A stretch of DNA of 64,000 bases, from IMG/VR virus record IMGVR_UViG_3300017956_000004. One strand, written 5' to 3'. Origin of the DNA: an uncultured virus (IMG/VR IMGVR_UViG_3300017956_000004). Lineage: Duplodnaviria; Heunggongvirae; Uroviricota; Caudoviricetes. This document shows, piece after piece, positions 27,547-42,500 of the stretch (positions are counted from its first letter, which is position 1; each line of letters begins with the position of its first letter). A model generated the notes under the pieces. The model searched no databases. It saw only the letters and a list, made by a program, of their open reading frames with translations, and was not told where the DNA came from. Made by a program: the position numbers and the translations under genes.

Positions 27547-30500
27547 ATGTCAGACAAAAAGTTATATAAAAAGTTACCAGTAGTACATCAAACTACTGCT
27601 ATTAAAAACTTTTTTGAGAGCACAGTCGAACAACTGTTTAGTAAATCTAATACAGAATCTATTCAGGGTTATATTGGTTCCAGAAGCAGTGATGACATAA
27701 ACCTTAGCGGACAGTACCTTCAAGAGCCCACAGTAACTAAAAGATTTTATGGACTGAGTCCTACAGTCAACACTATCAATCCAGATACTGGGGATAGTGA
27801 AAATTTAATATTTTATGATGAATTAGTAGATACTCTAAAAACATATGGTGTAGATGTAAGTGATCATAACAAACTGTTCGGTGATAGATACAGTGCATTT
27901 TTACCACCAATAGATCCTGATAAGTTACTAAATTATTCAGAATACTATTGGTATCCTGAAGGCCCTTCAACTATTAATGTGCGTGGTACAGCAACCAATC
28001 CTATTGACATACATACTGATGTAATTGGTAAAGCACATTTTACACCACCATCCGGCAAACCTTTCCGTAATGGTATGATTGTTAGATTTGACGGTGAGTA
28101 TGTTACACCACAAACATTAACTATTAGCGAATATATTGTTACAGGTGTTGGCGAAAACATTCAACTGGTAAACAAAAAAGATAACTTTAGCACTAGATTT
28201 ACAGACGTAAAAGAAGCAGAGTTTGACTATTTTACTAACGATTTATCAGAAGCAGTTCATAGTGCGGCTTATGTACAAGAGTTACACATAACTTCTCACG
28301 GTAGAGGTTATGTAGACCCAGAGATTTTAATTTATGATAATGTTTATGTGTACGAAGATGACACTGGTTCTGATTATGCGAATTTAGCCCTAGCATATCC
28401 AGAAGGCAGAATAGAATATACTAATGAATTTGAACAAACAACAAACGTTATCTCATTAGCCAAAACAATAGAGTCTAATCTGGGTGAACAGAGTTTAACA
28501 GATTATAGTAATATTGTTACAATTATAAATGCATTTGGCAGAACATATATAGATTCATCTGGCACTGAGCAACCAGCCACACTAGCTCAGGCTAATATAA
28601 CACTGAATACTTTTAATGGTATAGAAGCAACTGTAAGCGGTGGGGCAGGCTATACTGGCGAAACAGATATTTTAGTATTTGATACCATTGTACAAGCAAC
28701 AGCAAACGTCACTGAAATGGTAGCCCAGCATGGAAACGCTATTGTTACTGATACAATTTTGGTTGACACTACCACAAACATAAAAGTAGGGCAAAGTGTT
28801 ACTGGTTATGATTTTACTAGCACAGTAAAACAAGTTATACCTGTTGATGTACCTGCCGGCATTGCTGCACAAGTTGTTTTAAATGATAATATAGATTTCA
28901 ATTCTACTCTGTTTGCAGCTAACCCTACACTTACATTTAAAGGTGTAGACTTTAGTGCAGTGGCCAGAATGAGCAATGCTGTATATGGTGACGGCACAGT
29001 TAATTTACAAAGTACCCAGGCTAAAGTAGGTGTCAATCCTAATAACCCCAAGGATTACTATTTTGTAGGCGGCACTCGTAGTTATGACGTAGACCTAGAC
29101 GGCGACGGCACTGGTGATGGTTTTTGGGGAGGTACTGTAGCAAACAGTTCAGCAGATTATATAATACAGCAACGCGGAGCAAAAAATAAAAACGTCTGGA
29201 GTAGAGTTAATTTCTGGTACCACAGAGATAACTTCCTAGATGCAGGTGACAGTTTACCTAACAGAGAGTATCGTGCAGAACGTCCTATTATTGAATTTGA
29301 TAGAAATCTAGAACTTTATAACCATGCTGATACCACAGCAGGTACAGTCACTATGGCTGTAACTGGTGCACTTATTGCAGACATTGAAGGGCAGAAACCT
29401 GGCTTTACACTAGACAGTGTACCGCTGGAAAACTCCACATTTATTGTAACTAACGAAAGTAAAGATGCAAACAAATACATCTATACAGCAAAATTAAATA
29501 TTAATACAGGTGTTTTAGAAGTTATACGTGCTGGTGATCCGTTGTTGAATCCAGCAAATACTGTTGATGGCGATTCTGGCTTTATACCTTTTGAGATCAA
29601 GAAAAATCAAAGTGTACAAATATTATCTGGTGGTGAAAACATAGGTAAGGAGTTTGTATACAACGGTGTTGAATGGATGATTGGACAGGAAAAAGTAAAA
29701 GCCAATCAAGCACCGTTATTTAAACTATATGATGACAGTGGCGTTTTGCTTGACGACGATACAAAATATCCTTCTAGCACATTTAAAGGAAACAAGATAT
29801 TTGGTTATGCTACGTCTGCAACATCAGATAGTATTTTAAGCACTGTAAAAGACAAAGTGTTAGGCTTCCCGTTGGTATATCAACAATATAAGTCCTCAAG
29901 CGAAATAGTTTTTGAAAATTTCCAGGACACAACAACTTATAAGTTTACGCCACTAAATGCATCAAGTGCGTCAGTTATAAATGGTTACAGGTACTACAAA
30001 AATTTAAGTGATAATAAATTTTACTCTGCATGGAAAAATGCAACTGATGTGAATGAACAGCGTGTATATACAACGTATACACTGACACAGGTCGATATTG
30101 ATCGTTCACTAACCAGATACAGTATAGGATGCGTACCCAGACGCAACACTAATAAAAATAGCGGCTATGACATTGAAGTAAAAATTAATGGTAATAACTT
30201 TGAAAATTTTGTATACAGTAATACTCTTGAAGGTTATATTGAACTAACTGGAGGTAGTATTAGTGCAGGCGACTTTATAGAAATATCAGCAGGTACTGAT
30301 ACAGGTTTATTAAGAATTAACAGTAACAGCAAATATGAATTACCATTAAGTTGGGGACATAACTATACAAAACAAGACATACGCCAAATCAGTGAACCAG
30401 AATATTTAGAACATTTTTCTAAGTACATGTCTAATCAGGACGGATTTGCAGGCGAACCGCTGGGCAGTAATAATTTTTCCAACGGACCTAAAAACGTAAA

Positions 30501-33500
30501 CAAAGCCAGAACCATAGTACAAACCAATCATGATTTAGTATTGGGTGCATTCCTGGTAGACGACCAACCACATAATTTGGTAGATGCTTTAAGATTTTGT
30601 GGACACGAATATGTAAAATACAAACATAGATTGCGAAACGAAATACAAAAACTGTACGAGTCAGATTATGGTGAAGGTCCAAGTGTTGAGCAGATGCTTG
30701 AAACCACTTTGCGTAACCTAATAAGTTTTAAAATAGGTACAGATGTATTCAACAGAACATACATTGTGCCATTTGGTGATAATTTCCTGGAAGAAACTTT
30801 TGTAGCTGCACTAAATCAAACACAGTTTGTGCTAAAAAATTCTGCAGACTTGGATAAAATTGAAAACAGTTTATTAATTTATCTGAATGACAATTTGTTG
30901 TGCATTGACAAAGATTATGAAATAAGCAGTTTCTCACCAATCAGCATTAACATTTTAAGTAATGCAAACTTGAAAGCTGGCGATAAAATTGTTGCTAAAT
31001 TATATGATGCAGAAAGAGATAGTGCTCAATGTCCTCCTACGCCTAGTACTATGGGACTGCTACCATTACATCAACCAGAAAAAGTTTTAGACTCAACATT
31101 CCAAACTCCTATAGAAGTAATTATAGGACATGATGGCAGTAAAACTCCAGCATATGGCGATTATCGCGATGATGTATTAATGAATTTTGAAACCAGAATT
31201 TATAACAGTGCTAAAGGAGAGTTTAGAGAAAGAAATAGCATACTGGATTACAGTACAGTTGATGTCAGAGGTGGCGCCTTCCGCGATAATAATTACAAGT
31301 ATACAGAATGGCAGGATCTATTACGTCATGGATTTAGTGTTTGGACAAATATAAACCCTGTAAACCCTATTATTAATGAGTTTTATGACGAGGACAACGA
31401 GTGGACCTGGAACTATGGAGATGATTCCTTCCCAGGACACTGGAGAGGCATTTACGAATTTTATTATGATACTGATCGCCCTAATAGCCATCCATGGGAA
31501 ATGTTGGGCTTTACAGAAAAACCACTATGGTGGGATGAGCAATATGGTAGCGACTACTCAGTTACCAATGTTGCCATGTGGGACGATTTAGAAGAGGGTA
31601 TTATTCGTCGAGGTCCTAGAGAAAATTTACAAAATGAAAATTATCTGTATAACAACCCATTCCGCAGAAAAGGATTAAAAGCAATTATACCTGTAGATGC
31701 TAACGGTAACTTGATCTCACCATATAGATTGTTTACAACAGGCACAACAAGAAAAACTGTAGAGTGGGTCAATACCGATACTGGAAATCATTCAGGATTT
31801 AAAACAAGCAGTTTCTTAAATGTTGACGGATTAAATGTCAGTTACGATTCAAGCAATGTATATGTACAAAGCAGTGCGATAGTTAATCATTCCTTGCCTA
31901 TTGATCAAAATGTGTTAACTCAGTATACTACTTTATATGGAGAGCCACTTAAAGAACAGCCTATATCATATGTGATTGGTACGACGCCACTAAACACTGT
32001 TCTATCGAATCCCACGCCAATGGCTAAAAACGGTGCTGTTGCTGTTGCTGTAAACGGATTACCTCTGTATGGAGTTGACTATGGAAACAGTTGGCAAAAT
32101 GAAGGTGTGTGGTATGAGGACAGAGTACGTCGTGAAAGACGCAGGGACCTAAATTACGAATCTGATAACAAGGGTTTATTCCACTATCACGTATTAATAC
32201 CTGAAATAGTAGGCTTACAAGAATGGAGTACAACTGAGCATTCTCCTATAGTGGCTTGGGCATTTGATGGACTACCAGTTTATGGTCCATATGGTTATAG
32301 TGATCCTACAGACAACACAAGTGAGATTGTCAGAATAAAATCACCATGGGTACTACGTGAAGGATTAAGAACTTCAGGCCCTGGCGGTGCACACACTGGT
32401 GTGTACATACAAGACTATCGATTAGACGCTACCCTGGAAGCAGCATCAGGTTATACAAATAGATTTAATGTACGTTATAGTGTAACACCAGATAGTCCTA
32501 CAGCACCAATTTGGCATTATGTTTGTACGTTGGACGAAAATTTACAACCGGCATTCCCTTATCATGTGGGTGGTGGCATAGAAAATGTTGACCACTGGGC
32601 TGGTAATTACTATGCTAGTTCAACTGCACTGGGCAGAATCGGCAATATCGAAGTTTTAGATGAAGGTGGTTTATATACTACAGCAAACATCACAATTAGT
32701 GGAGATGGATTTGGTGCAACAGCAAATGCTGTTATAGAGGACGGAAAAATTACCAGTGTGGTTATTACCAATCCCGGAAGTAACTATACTCAGGCAACTG
32801 TGGCAATTAGTGGTGATGGTGTACGTGCTAAATTAAAAATTAATTTAAGTGACGTAGACAATGCACGAAATAGTGCGACCGTTAACTCAGAAGCAACCCC
32901 CGCATATACTAGTACAAAAGAAGTAGAGTTACGTATTATCGGAGATATCAGTAAAGAATGGAAATTTGGTGATACTAGCCCAGTAGAATATGCATGGAAA
33001 AAATCAGAAAACTTTGGCTTTGTACAATCTGAAGCATTGCTATTAGCCAAGCCAGGTAGATTTGCCAGTGTGTTTAGTGACCCCACAAACTTGTATAAGC
33101 CAGTCGTTGGCGGATACTTACTGTCCAACGTGGACAAAAAACGTTGGAAGTTTACAAATAAAAATCACTTTAGGATACACGGTGATAGAGATAGTGACGG
33201 AAAGTTTATAACAAATGTTGGATACACTCAATTCATCAACAGTTGGTTGAAATTCCAGGGTCTTAACATAGACACTGATTTTGCGCCACAACTACGTACA
33301 CTGAATATGAAACTGGCTCATCGCATGAATGGCTATGTCGATAAAGACACCATGATTGTTAGAACTGATCAATATAGTAATGACGGTAAAGCAACCAGTT
33401 TAATTATACCTAACAATAATGTGGACGTGACTGTACATAGCAGTAACTACAAGGACAGACATTTTTATACTGGTGTATTAATAGAAAAGACCGCTACTGG

Positions 33501-36500
33501 CTATCGTTTACGCGGTTATGATAGAACTAAAAATTATTTTGAAATTTTAGAAAGCAAAGTTGTTGGTGGTAGAAGGCAATCCGTAGAAGTAGGTGGTGAA
33601 GGTGTAGATTTTATACAATGGCGACCTAATGAAACTTATACTAAAGGAACTATCGTTAAATATAGGGACGGTTTCTATCAATCAGAAGCAAATTTAACAG
33701 TGGGAGATACTTTTGATCCTACTGGTTGGGCTAACTTACCTAGTCTACCACAGCAAAATGGTGCAAAAGGTGTGCTGTATCAGGAAACCACAGGCAAGAT
33801 ACTGCGTGTTAATTATAATACAGTATATGAAACAGTCCAAGAAGTTTATGACTTTTTAATCAGTTTAGGAAGACACCAAGAAAGTCATGGTTATGACTTT
33901 GGCGAATACGATCCTGTAATTGGTGAGGTTCGCAATTGGCAGTATGCAGCTAAACAATTCTTATTCTGGACTGTGGGTAAATGGGAAATAGGTAATACTA
34001 TATTACTAAGTCCGTTAGCCAATAAAGCAAATTTTGAAGTACCACGTGGATTTATTGCAAAAATAAATCGTAGTGAACGCGAGCAGTTTAGTATCCTGGA
34101 TCAGGACGGTGGAGTTATCCCTCCAGAAGAATGTGAAATTATCAGAGAAAACAACAAGATAGAAATTAAACCGCCAACAGGAAGCCAAATTTATGCAGTG
34201 ATGCTGTTCACCAAAGAAGTAGAACATGCTTTAATTTTAGATAACAAAACAGATTTTAATGATGTGATATATGATGATTTATTATATCAGAAACACTCAC
34301 GTATTAAAGTTAAAGCAACAAGAACAAAAAATTGGACTGGTAAATTATTTACAGAAGGCTTCCTGGTTAATGATGATGAGCTGTTGCCTAACCTAGATAA
34401 TTTAGCAGAAACAATGGGCCGCTATACTGAACTTGGCTTTATTCCGGTTGAAAAACAAATATACGATATAAGCAGACAGCAATACGGATTTAATCAGAGA
34501 GATTATTTGCGTGATTTAGATGTTGCTGATGAAGAACAATTTGACTTTTATCGTGGAATGATACAAAGTAAAGGTACTGCTGAAAGTTTAACACGTATCG
34601 CACGTAGTAGTGCAGTTGTACAGGGTAATGTAACAGTATATGACGAGTGGGCACTCAAGGCGGGTGAATTTGGTGATCTGGATAACTCACAGAGTGTTGA
34701 GCTAAAATTAACAAAATCAGAAATTGTACAAGAGCCACAATTAATAACAACCAGAACACCAGTAGATATCACTTACTCAGTAACAGGAGTAGAAGTATTA
34801 CAAGCCAGATATACTTATGATACTCCACCACAGATTGTGATAAGCAGTCCTGCAGACAAAACTGGTGTACAAGCAGAAGCCAAGGCTAATCTTAACAGTG
34901 AAGGAAAAATTGAAAGTGTAACAGTCACAAATGCAGGTAATGGCTATAGATTAAATGAAGCCTGTGCAATGGTTATAGGTGCAGAGGTTCAGTCAAATAA
35001 TACTGATACATTATTAAATAATGCAGTCGCAGATATTGATACCAGCAACAGTTTTATAGACACCAATAAAACTAATGTAACAGTTACACTGGCTGATAAT
35101 ATTTCAGGTTCAGGTAATATTACATTATTGGTAGACACTGCTCCTGCAAACATCACTGTGGCAGATATTGTGGATGCAATTAATAGTAATGCATCTTTGA
35201 ATGTGAATATAACAGCCAAAGAAATAAGTAGCCACCAAGGAAGTACTGTTGGTAGTCATATTATACTAAGTGGTAAAGATTTTACTGTTGTTGATGGAGC
35301 AAATATTTCCCTGGTTAATGGTACGTATCAACCTAAACAACGATTCCCACTAGTAACTACTGTTTATACTAATGATTATAACACAAGTGTGGAAGATGTC
35401 AAGGTTTATATAGATGGAGTATCGATACCAAATCAGGCAACAATAGACAATGTTACAACAACAAACTGGGTATATGTTCCTGGTAATGTAAACACCATTA
35501 CAACAAGTGTAAACCACCCTACTATAGACACTAACTCTCCTAGAGGCAATGCTGATCAATTTGATTTAATCAATAACAGTGTAACATTTAATTTGAGTTC
35601 TCCACTAGATGCTAACAATATTAATTTAAGCAAAGACGGAGTATACGAGTTTGTAGAAGTTTATATTAATGGTACCAGAGTTAAAAACTTAACTGATTCA
35701 GAAAGATTACCAGTTGTTGCCACTTATGCAAACTTACCTCCATTGGCAAGTGCATTAGGACAGGCTTATGTGGTACGTGATGAATTAAAAATATATCTAG
35801 CACAAGAACTAACAAACAATAATACATGGACTCATGTGGGTACTGTTTTGGCTTCTGACATACAAGCAGAAACCAGTCAGCATATTACATTCAAGTGGAA
35901 TAGTACTAGGTTTATTTTAACTCAAAATACTATCACGTTCCCAGACGTTAAGAACTTACCACAAGAGCTACTAACAGCATTTAAAAATCCTCCTGAAAAT
36001 TATAGTTTATCAGGACAACGCGAAACAGTTTATGCACTGCCAGCCGGCAGCAAGATAGAAGTTATAGAGCGTGGCGCAATTGAGTTTGATGATTCACTAA
36101 AGAAAGATCTTCCAGGTAGCACTGTTAAAGGTGTGGTACTTGTGCAGGAAGGTCTGTCAGTAAAAATTGCACCACAAAGAACGTTTGAAATAACACCTGA
36201 TCTAAAGAGTGATCGTGTTATTACTATAGACATTGACGACAAAAATAGATTTGTCAAGAAGCCCACAGGACAGATAGGATACAGTATTTGGCCAGTAACT
36301 GGCAAAGTAGATCATACTGGTATTACTGATAAGGATTATCCAACAATACCAAATGCAGGTTACGTGCACCCAGAAGATGTTAAGTATCGTGCATTTGATC
36401 TAGCAAGTTTACCAGATTTATTTGACGAAAACGTCTTGCTTAAACCGCAACAGGGCGATTTAATTCATGTTGCAAAAAGTGAAAACAATGATTGGAACGT

Positions 36501-39500
36501 ATACAGACTAGAGAATACAGCAGCCCAAACAGAATTCCTGATGAGGGAAGAAGGTGGTAATGTATCACTTTACACTGACTACAGTTTGTTTAATTATTTG
36601 GACACCAACCAGATCGGAGAGCCGAACACTGGCAGATACCTGGATTATTTCTTAACACTAAACAACGCCACATTGTCAGATAAAGTTGTTGTTTGGAACA
36701 ATGAATCTGTTATACAAAGCAAGCAGACCACAATCACTGCGTTTGATGCTCCGCAAATGGTGGAAGCCAGAATCGCCAGTATCAGACCACGTAATCTAAG
36801 AACAATTTCAAATGTAGAACCTGAAACTGGAAGATATTATAATGGTCTGCAAATTACAAATGTAAATGATACCACAAACCAAATTACCATAGCAGGTAAT
36901 AACTTTAGTGAAATTGAAGTGGGCGATTATATTCGTTTATTAGACAATGCTGGTGTAGTATCACAATATGATGCCAACATGACTGCTTCAGGAAATGTGT
37001 TGACTATCAATGCCAGAGGTATTGCAAACGTTGAAATCACAAATGGTGGTCAGGGATACCAGAGTGTACCTATAGTGACATTCAGCAGCCCAAGCAATGG
37101 TGGTAATTTAGATGTTGCAGCAGGCACTGCGTACATTTTGGGTAACGTTGCAAGCATCAGTATTACTGACACAGGTAATGTTCAAACACCAGCACCAGAA
37201 ATAACAATACAAGCACCAGACAGTGGTAACACCGCAACAGCAACTGGTGAGATTACCGGTGCCGAAATTGTGGGATTTGAAATAATTAATCCTGGATCAG
37301 ATTATGCAAAAGATAATCAAAATATAGCGGTTACAATTACTGGTGCAAACACTACTCTAGCAGTTGCACATGGACACACTGACTCCGAAGGCAGAATTGA
37401 TTACATAGATATAGAAGACCGTGGTGCAGGATATTCAGAATTAGATATACAAGTAACTGTGGGCTCTTCCGGTAACCCAGCAGTGGTGAGACCTATACTA
37501 CGTGGTAACCTTTCAGTAACAATGACCAGTGTGGGTGACGGATACGACTTTGTGCCAGAAGTTACCATAGACAACGGTGAGGTAACTGGTGCTACAGCAA
37601 TACTGAATGCAGAAGTTACACATATAGGTTTAATACGTAAGGGTGCAGGATATGCGACCACTGACACTGTGACAATGACCCTGGATGCAGCCAATACATC
37701 GCCAGCAACAGCAACCATTAACATGCAAAGTGGTGTTGATGAAGTAGCAGCTCGATTTGCTCAAGTAGGAGCAGGCAATGTATCAATCAAATTATCAGCA
37801 CAATATCAAACAGACTTTTTGTATCTTAATAATGTGGATTTAACTGCCGAGCAAAAAGCCACAGCGGCTAATATAACTGCACTGTTTGGCAGAGCACAAA
37901 AAGTACAAAGTGTAGATGCTGTATCCGGCAACATCACAATCGTTAATGATGCAGTAACTGATGTAACAGTGTTGGGTAATAATATAATCAGAAGTAATGT
38001 GTACGGCACAGGTTATTCTATCAATGTTTATGAAACTTTTGATAATCAAGACTATGAAGTACTAACACGTACTCCTACCACTATTACTATCAACAGACCT
38101 AATTCAGTAAAGAGCTATGCAGTGTCAATGAGACACTACAACCAGAGTAAAATTACAAGTGCTAATCATGGGTATCAGGAAGGCGATGTTGTCAGAATAC
38201 GTACTAATAAGATTTCTGGCATGTTTAAAATTGATCATGCTACTCAGAACAAATTTACTATTCCTGCAAAATATGTTCCTGGATTTACAGACGGTGAAAT
38301 AATCAGCGAAGGTTTAGAAATTAAAACTGTGGGTAACCATGGTATAAGTCCACTATATGCCGCATCAGGCAAACGAATAGCAGTACACTTTGCTGAACCA
38401 CTATACTATAATAAAGTATATCCAATTAGCAGTTTAACTGCTGATAAATTATTTGTGGATGACTACTGGCCAAGAGATGCCAGAACACATGTTTACTATG
38501 AGCATAAACAAAAATTACTAAACGGATCCTCTCCATATCAGGAAGGTGTAGTAAGTTTGGCGAATGCCACAAACACCATTGCTGTAACAGAAAATATCAG
38601 AATGGCTGACCATTTGATTCAATATACTTCAAATAGCGATGTGGTTTCTTCTGCACATCTAACATGGCACGGAAATTATCTGGAAGTTTCACCAACAGCA
38701 TTGCCTGGAAACACCAGTATTAGTACAGAAGTTTCAGTGCAAAGACAAATGTATAGAGGTGGTAATCGCTATGCTATGCTTACCACAATAGACCATGATA
38801 AAGTCACATTAAACGGAAGCACAGTTAGCGTACCAAGTTACAATAATCCACAGGCAGTGGCATCAAGTTTAAATCGCGAAATGGAAAAACGCAGACAGTT
38901 TACCAACACCGACAATGGTAACTTTGGTTTACGTTTTGCTATGTTAAAAAATCCAAATACTGCAATTTATGAAGATTTTAGTGCTGGTGAAATCAGTGAC
39001 TACGGTCCTTATATTCGCGACAAGAACATAATTGAGTTACTTAGTGGCGGTAAACTATCTGCTACTGGTGAAATGTCAATAGGTAATACTGATGAAGAAA
39101 GAATAGATCCTAACTTTAGTAAAGCCAATAAGCAAGTGGGTCCACACAAGGGATTGACTTATACTGATGAGAATACTGGTGTAGAATATTGTTGGAGCCC
39201 GGCATTACAAAGATATAAAGTTAAGTATATACCGCCCGATGTAGGCGACGTTGATGAGCGTGAAGATGACAGAGCAGAAGATCACGAATATCAAACGAGA
39301 AATAAAGAGTATGAGTATAAAGAAGGTGATCAAAGCAATACCACCATTGTTGATCCAGATATCTTGACATCGATTCCTGGATCCAGGGAAGGTGTAATTA
39401 TTGGTGCTCCTGGATATACACAGCCTGTATACGATATGCAAGCCAATGTTTCCTACACAGTCAATAGTAATGTAAGTGTTATACCTAAATATCGTTTAGC

Positions 39501-42500
39501 ACCCAACAACTATAATGTGTACGAAGTATATGAGGGTGTGCAAAATGATGATGAAGATTTATACTACATTTTGGTAGATAAAGTACCGCCACCATTAGTA
39601 GAACATGATTTTTATGCAACTGTGAGTTTTTGGAGCGACTTTAATACATTACCACTCACAAATTATTATTACGATAATGAAATCATTCCAACTGTTAATG
39701 TTAGCAATCAGATTACTAATGCAGACGATCCTATCAGATTACAGAATACTGGTTATGTTCTTTCACTAGGAGAAGTAGAGCCAGCGGCTTATATAGGTTT
39801 ACAAAAAGTAACAGAGCCGTTTGCTGTATCTGGTGGTAACGGAACTGATGCACAACAAAATATTTTAGCGGCGGCTCAGATGAGAGTGTCTAGTCCAGAC
39901 TTAAATACTGGCGCCACGATAGAAGTAGAAACAAACGGATACGACAGTTTCTTGTTATGGACAGGAGGTTTAAAACCAGCCACCCGTATTCCAGATGCCG
40001 CAGGTCCAGGCAGACTGCCAGGTTATGATGGCACACCAAGCACACTAGGGTTTGGTAGAGGATATTATCAACCAGGTGTAAATGACTTCCCAGCAGATTA
40101 TCCTGAAACTGCCACATTAACTTATGATAGACCTATACAGCGATTGGCATACAGCAGAAATGTTCCGGTATATCCTGAATCACGTAACTACGTATTTGAT
40201 ATGTGGGAACATTTTGGTAATGTTGTAGCCAATATCGATGTTGTGTCAGGAGAAAGTAATGTCACAATTACTGATGATACCGTGGCAAATGTACAAGTAG
40301 ACGATTGGGTAATCATTAGTGGAACAGAAATAGGTACAATAACAGAAGTAAACGGAAATGTTATAACACTAAGCCAACCACTAACAGCTGATTTAGCAAG
40401 GAATGAATCGTTTGCAGTTGAAGGTGACGGCACCAGATTTACACAAGAACAATACCAAGATGCAGTTGATAATGGACTTACATCAATTGGTGCTTACCCA
40501 TTAGATGAACTGATACTACGCACAATTAATCCTGAATTTGGCGTACAGGGTGCAGGTGATGGTAAACTGGTAGCAGAAAATATTTTTGTTGCCTGCTTCT
40601 GGACAGAAGACTTTACATACGTGGATCAGATTGTGGGTTGGGACTATAACAACCTGTATGCTGATGGCACACCTAAAGAAATTATAGAAGATTATGACGG
40701 CACCGTAGTAAGATTTAAATACATCAGATTAACTGAGTTACCTGAGACAGCAGTAACCAGAAGACTTATACCAGATACCGGATATGCTGGTAAAGGTTGG
40801 ACAAACAGACAGGTTGATACAGTTACTCTAGATTTTACTGACGCCAACGAAGATGAGATTTGGGAACTGTTTAATCCTGACAACTACACTGCTGGTAGCA
40901 CCGGCGGAGAAGGAGGTCCTAGAACAGTTAATGTGGGAGATAGAGGTAATACCACACAGCCTACCGACGCTGGTACTACAGTAACAAATGACGGTACTCT
41001 AATTGTGGACGATCCGTTTAAAAATGATGATTTGGTACCTACTACACCTGTAGGACCTATTTTAACAGGCTCTATATTTGATGGACTACCTGGACCTTGT
41101 GTACCACCAGATGATCCAAGTAAAAACACAGTGCCCAATGTGAACGGTGATATTGCATGTGGTGAAGTAGACGTTGTTACAAAATATGTTCAATTGAGCG
41201 CCGCACAAATTAATGATGAAAATACCGGCAGAGTTATACTGGGTCCAGATGAATCCTGGGGATATCACAGTTTTAAAGTGTTTGGTGAAGGTGATGTGAG
41301 TTTATTCTTTAACACAGTACAACACATACCTGGTGTTGCTACTAGCGAATATACACAATCGGATACACCTTTAGGTTTTGTTCTTGTACAACATCAAGAT
41401 CAGTACCCCGCTGATGGAACTGATGAAGATAAAGCTGCGTGGGTAAGCGATATTAGAAATATTCTGTTCAGTACAGAACATAGCGGCAGTAACGACAGCA
41501 ACGATGGTGATCAGATAATTTATTACGGCTTTGAAAACTTTGATCAAAGAACAGAAGAAAGCAGAGATTTATTTGTGGAAGACCAATTGGGATTGGCTGT
41601 AGACCATCCATGGTTTACACATACTCCTATACCAGGTGATGGCTCACAGTACTGGAATGGTTCACACTTACCTAGTGGTGCATATTTTTCAGATGAAGTA
41701 CCTTTGAAAGACATTTTAAAAACTGGTGGCGGCGCCAAGCAAAATGTAATAGTGGAAGGTATTGGTGCATTAACCAAATACGGTGTAGATTGTAGCCAAG
41801 GTCAATGGTTAACATTGTTCATCATGACACAATGTACCGATACCAGTGGTGGAGTCAGAGGTCCAGCGGATGGTGAAACAATTAAAGGTGATCCCGATAA
41901 AGTTTGGAGTGCTGTTATCAAGTATCAAACAGAAAAAATTATCTTAGACAACACTGATGATCCAGAGGATGGTACTGATGACAACGGTGAAGTTGTGTGT
42001 GCATATGAAAACGCCAGCAGTAGAGCTTACCAGCAGGGCATGTTTATAACAGAATACCAAGCAAGTTCTGATAATGGCTACTTTGGACAACATGATGACA
42101 ACGGTGAATACGACAAAGGAACTGGACGTAATAACCTGGATAACATTTACTTTGATCACAGTCCTCCTAGCACTGTGTTGTCCTGGCACCCAGATACTCC
42201 TTACAAGTCAGGTACGCCTAAAGAAGTTACAGGAAACTTTAGTCCTTACTCTAAACAGGCCACCTACACATCTAAAATCAAGTCAGGATGGTATTCATCG
42301 TTCAGCAGTTGGAACTTTAATTACGATGCCTATAACAGAGAACGCAGGACTCTAGTAGGTAAAGGATACTGGCTATGCCCGTCTGATGGCTTATACGAAG
42401 TCTCAGGTTATAGTGACGATGGTTTGCATGTATGGATCTCCAGTGCATGGGGCGGATTCCAAAATCACCCATATGGAGGCAAATATGCTCACAGAATTGG

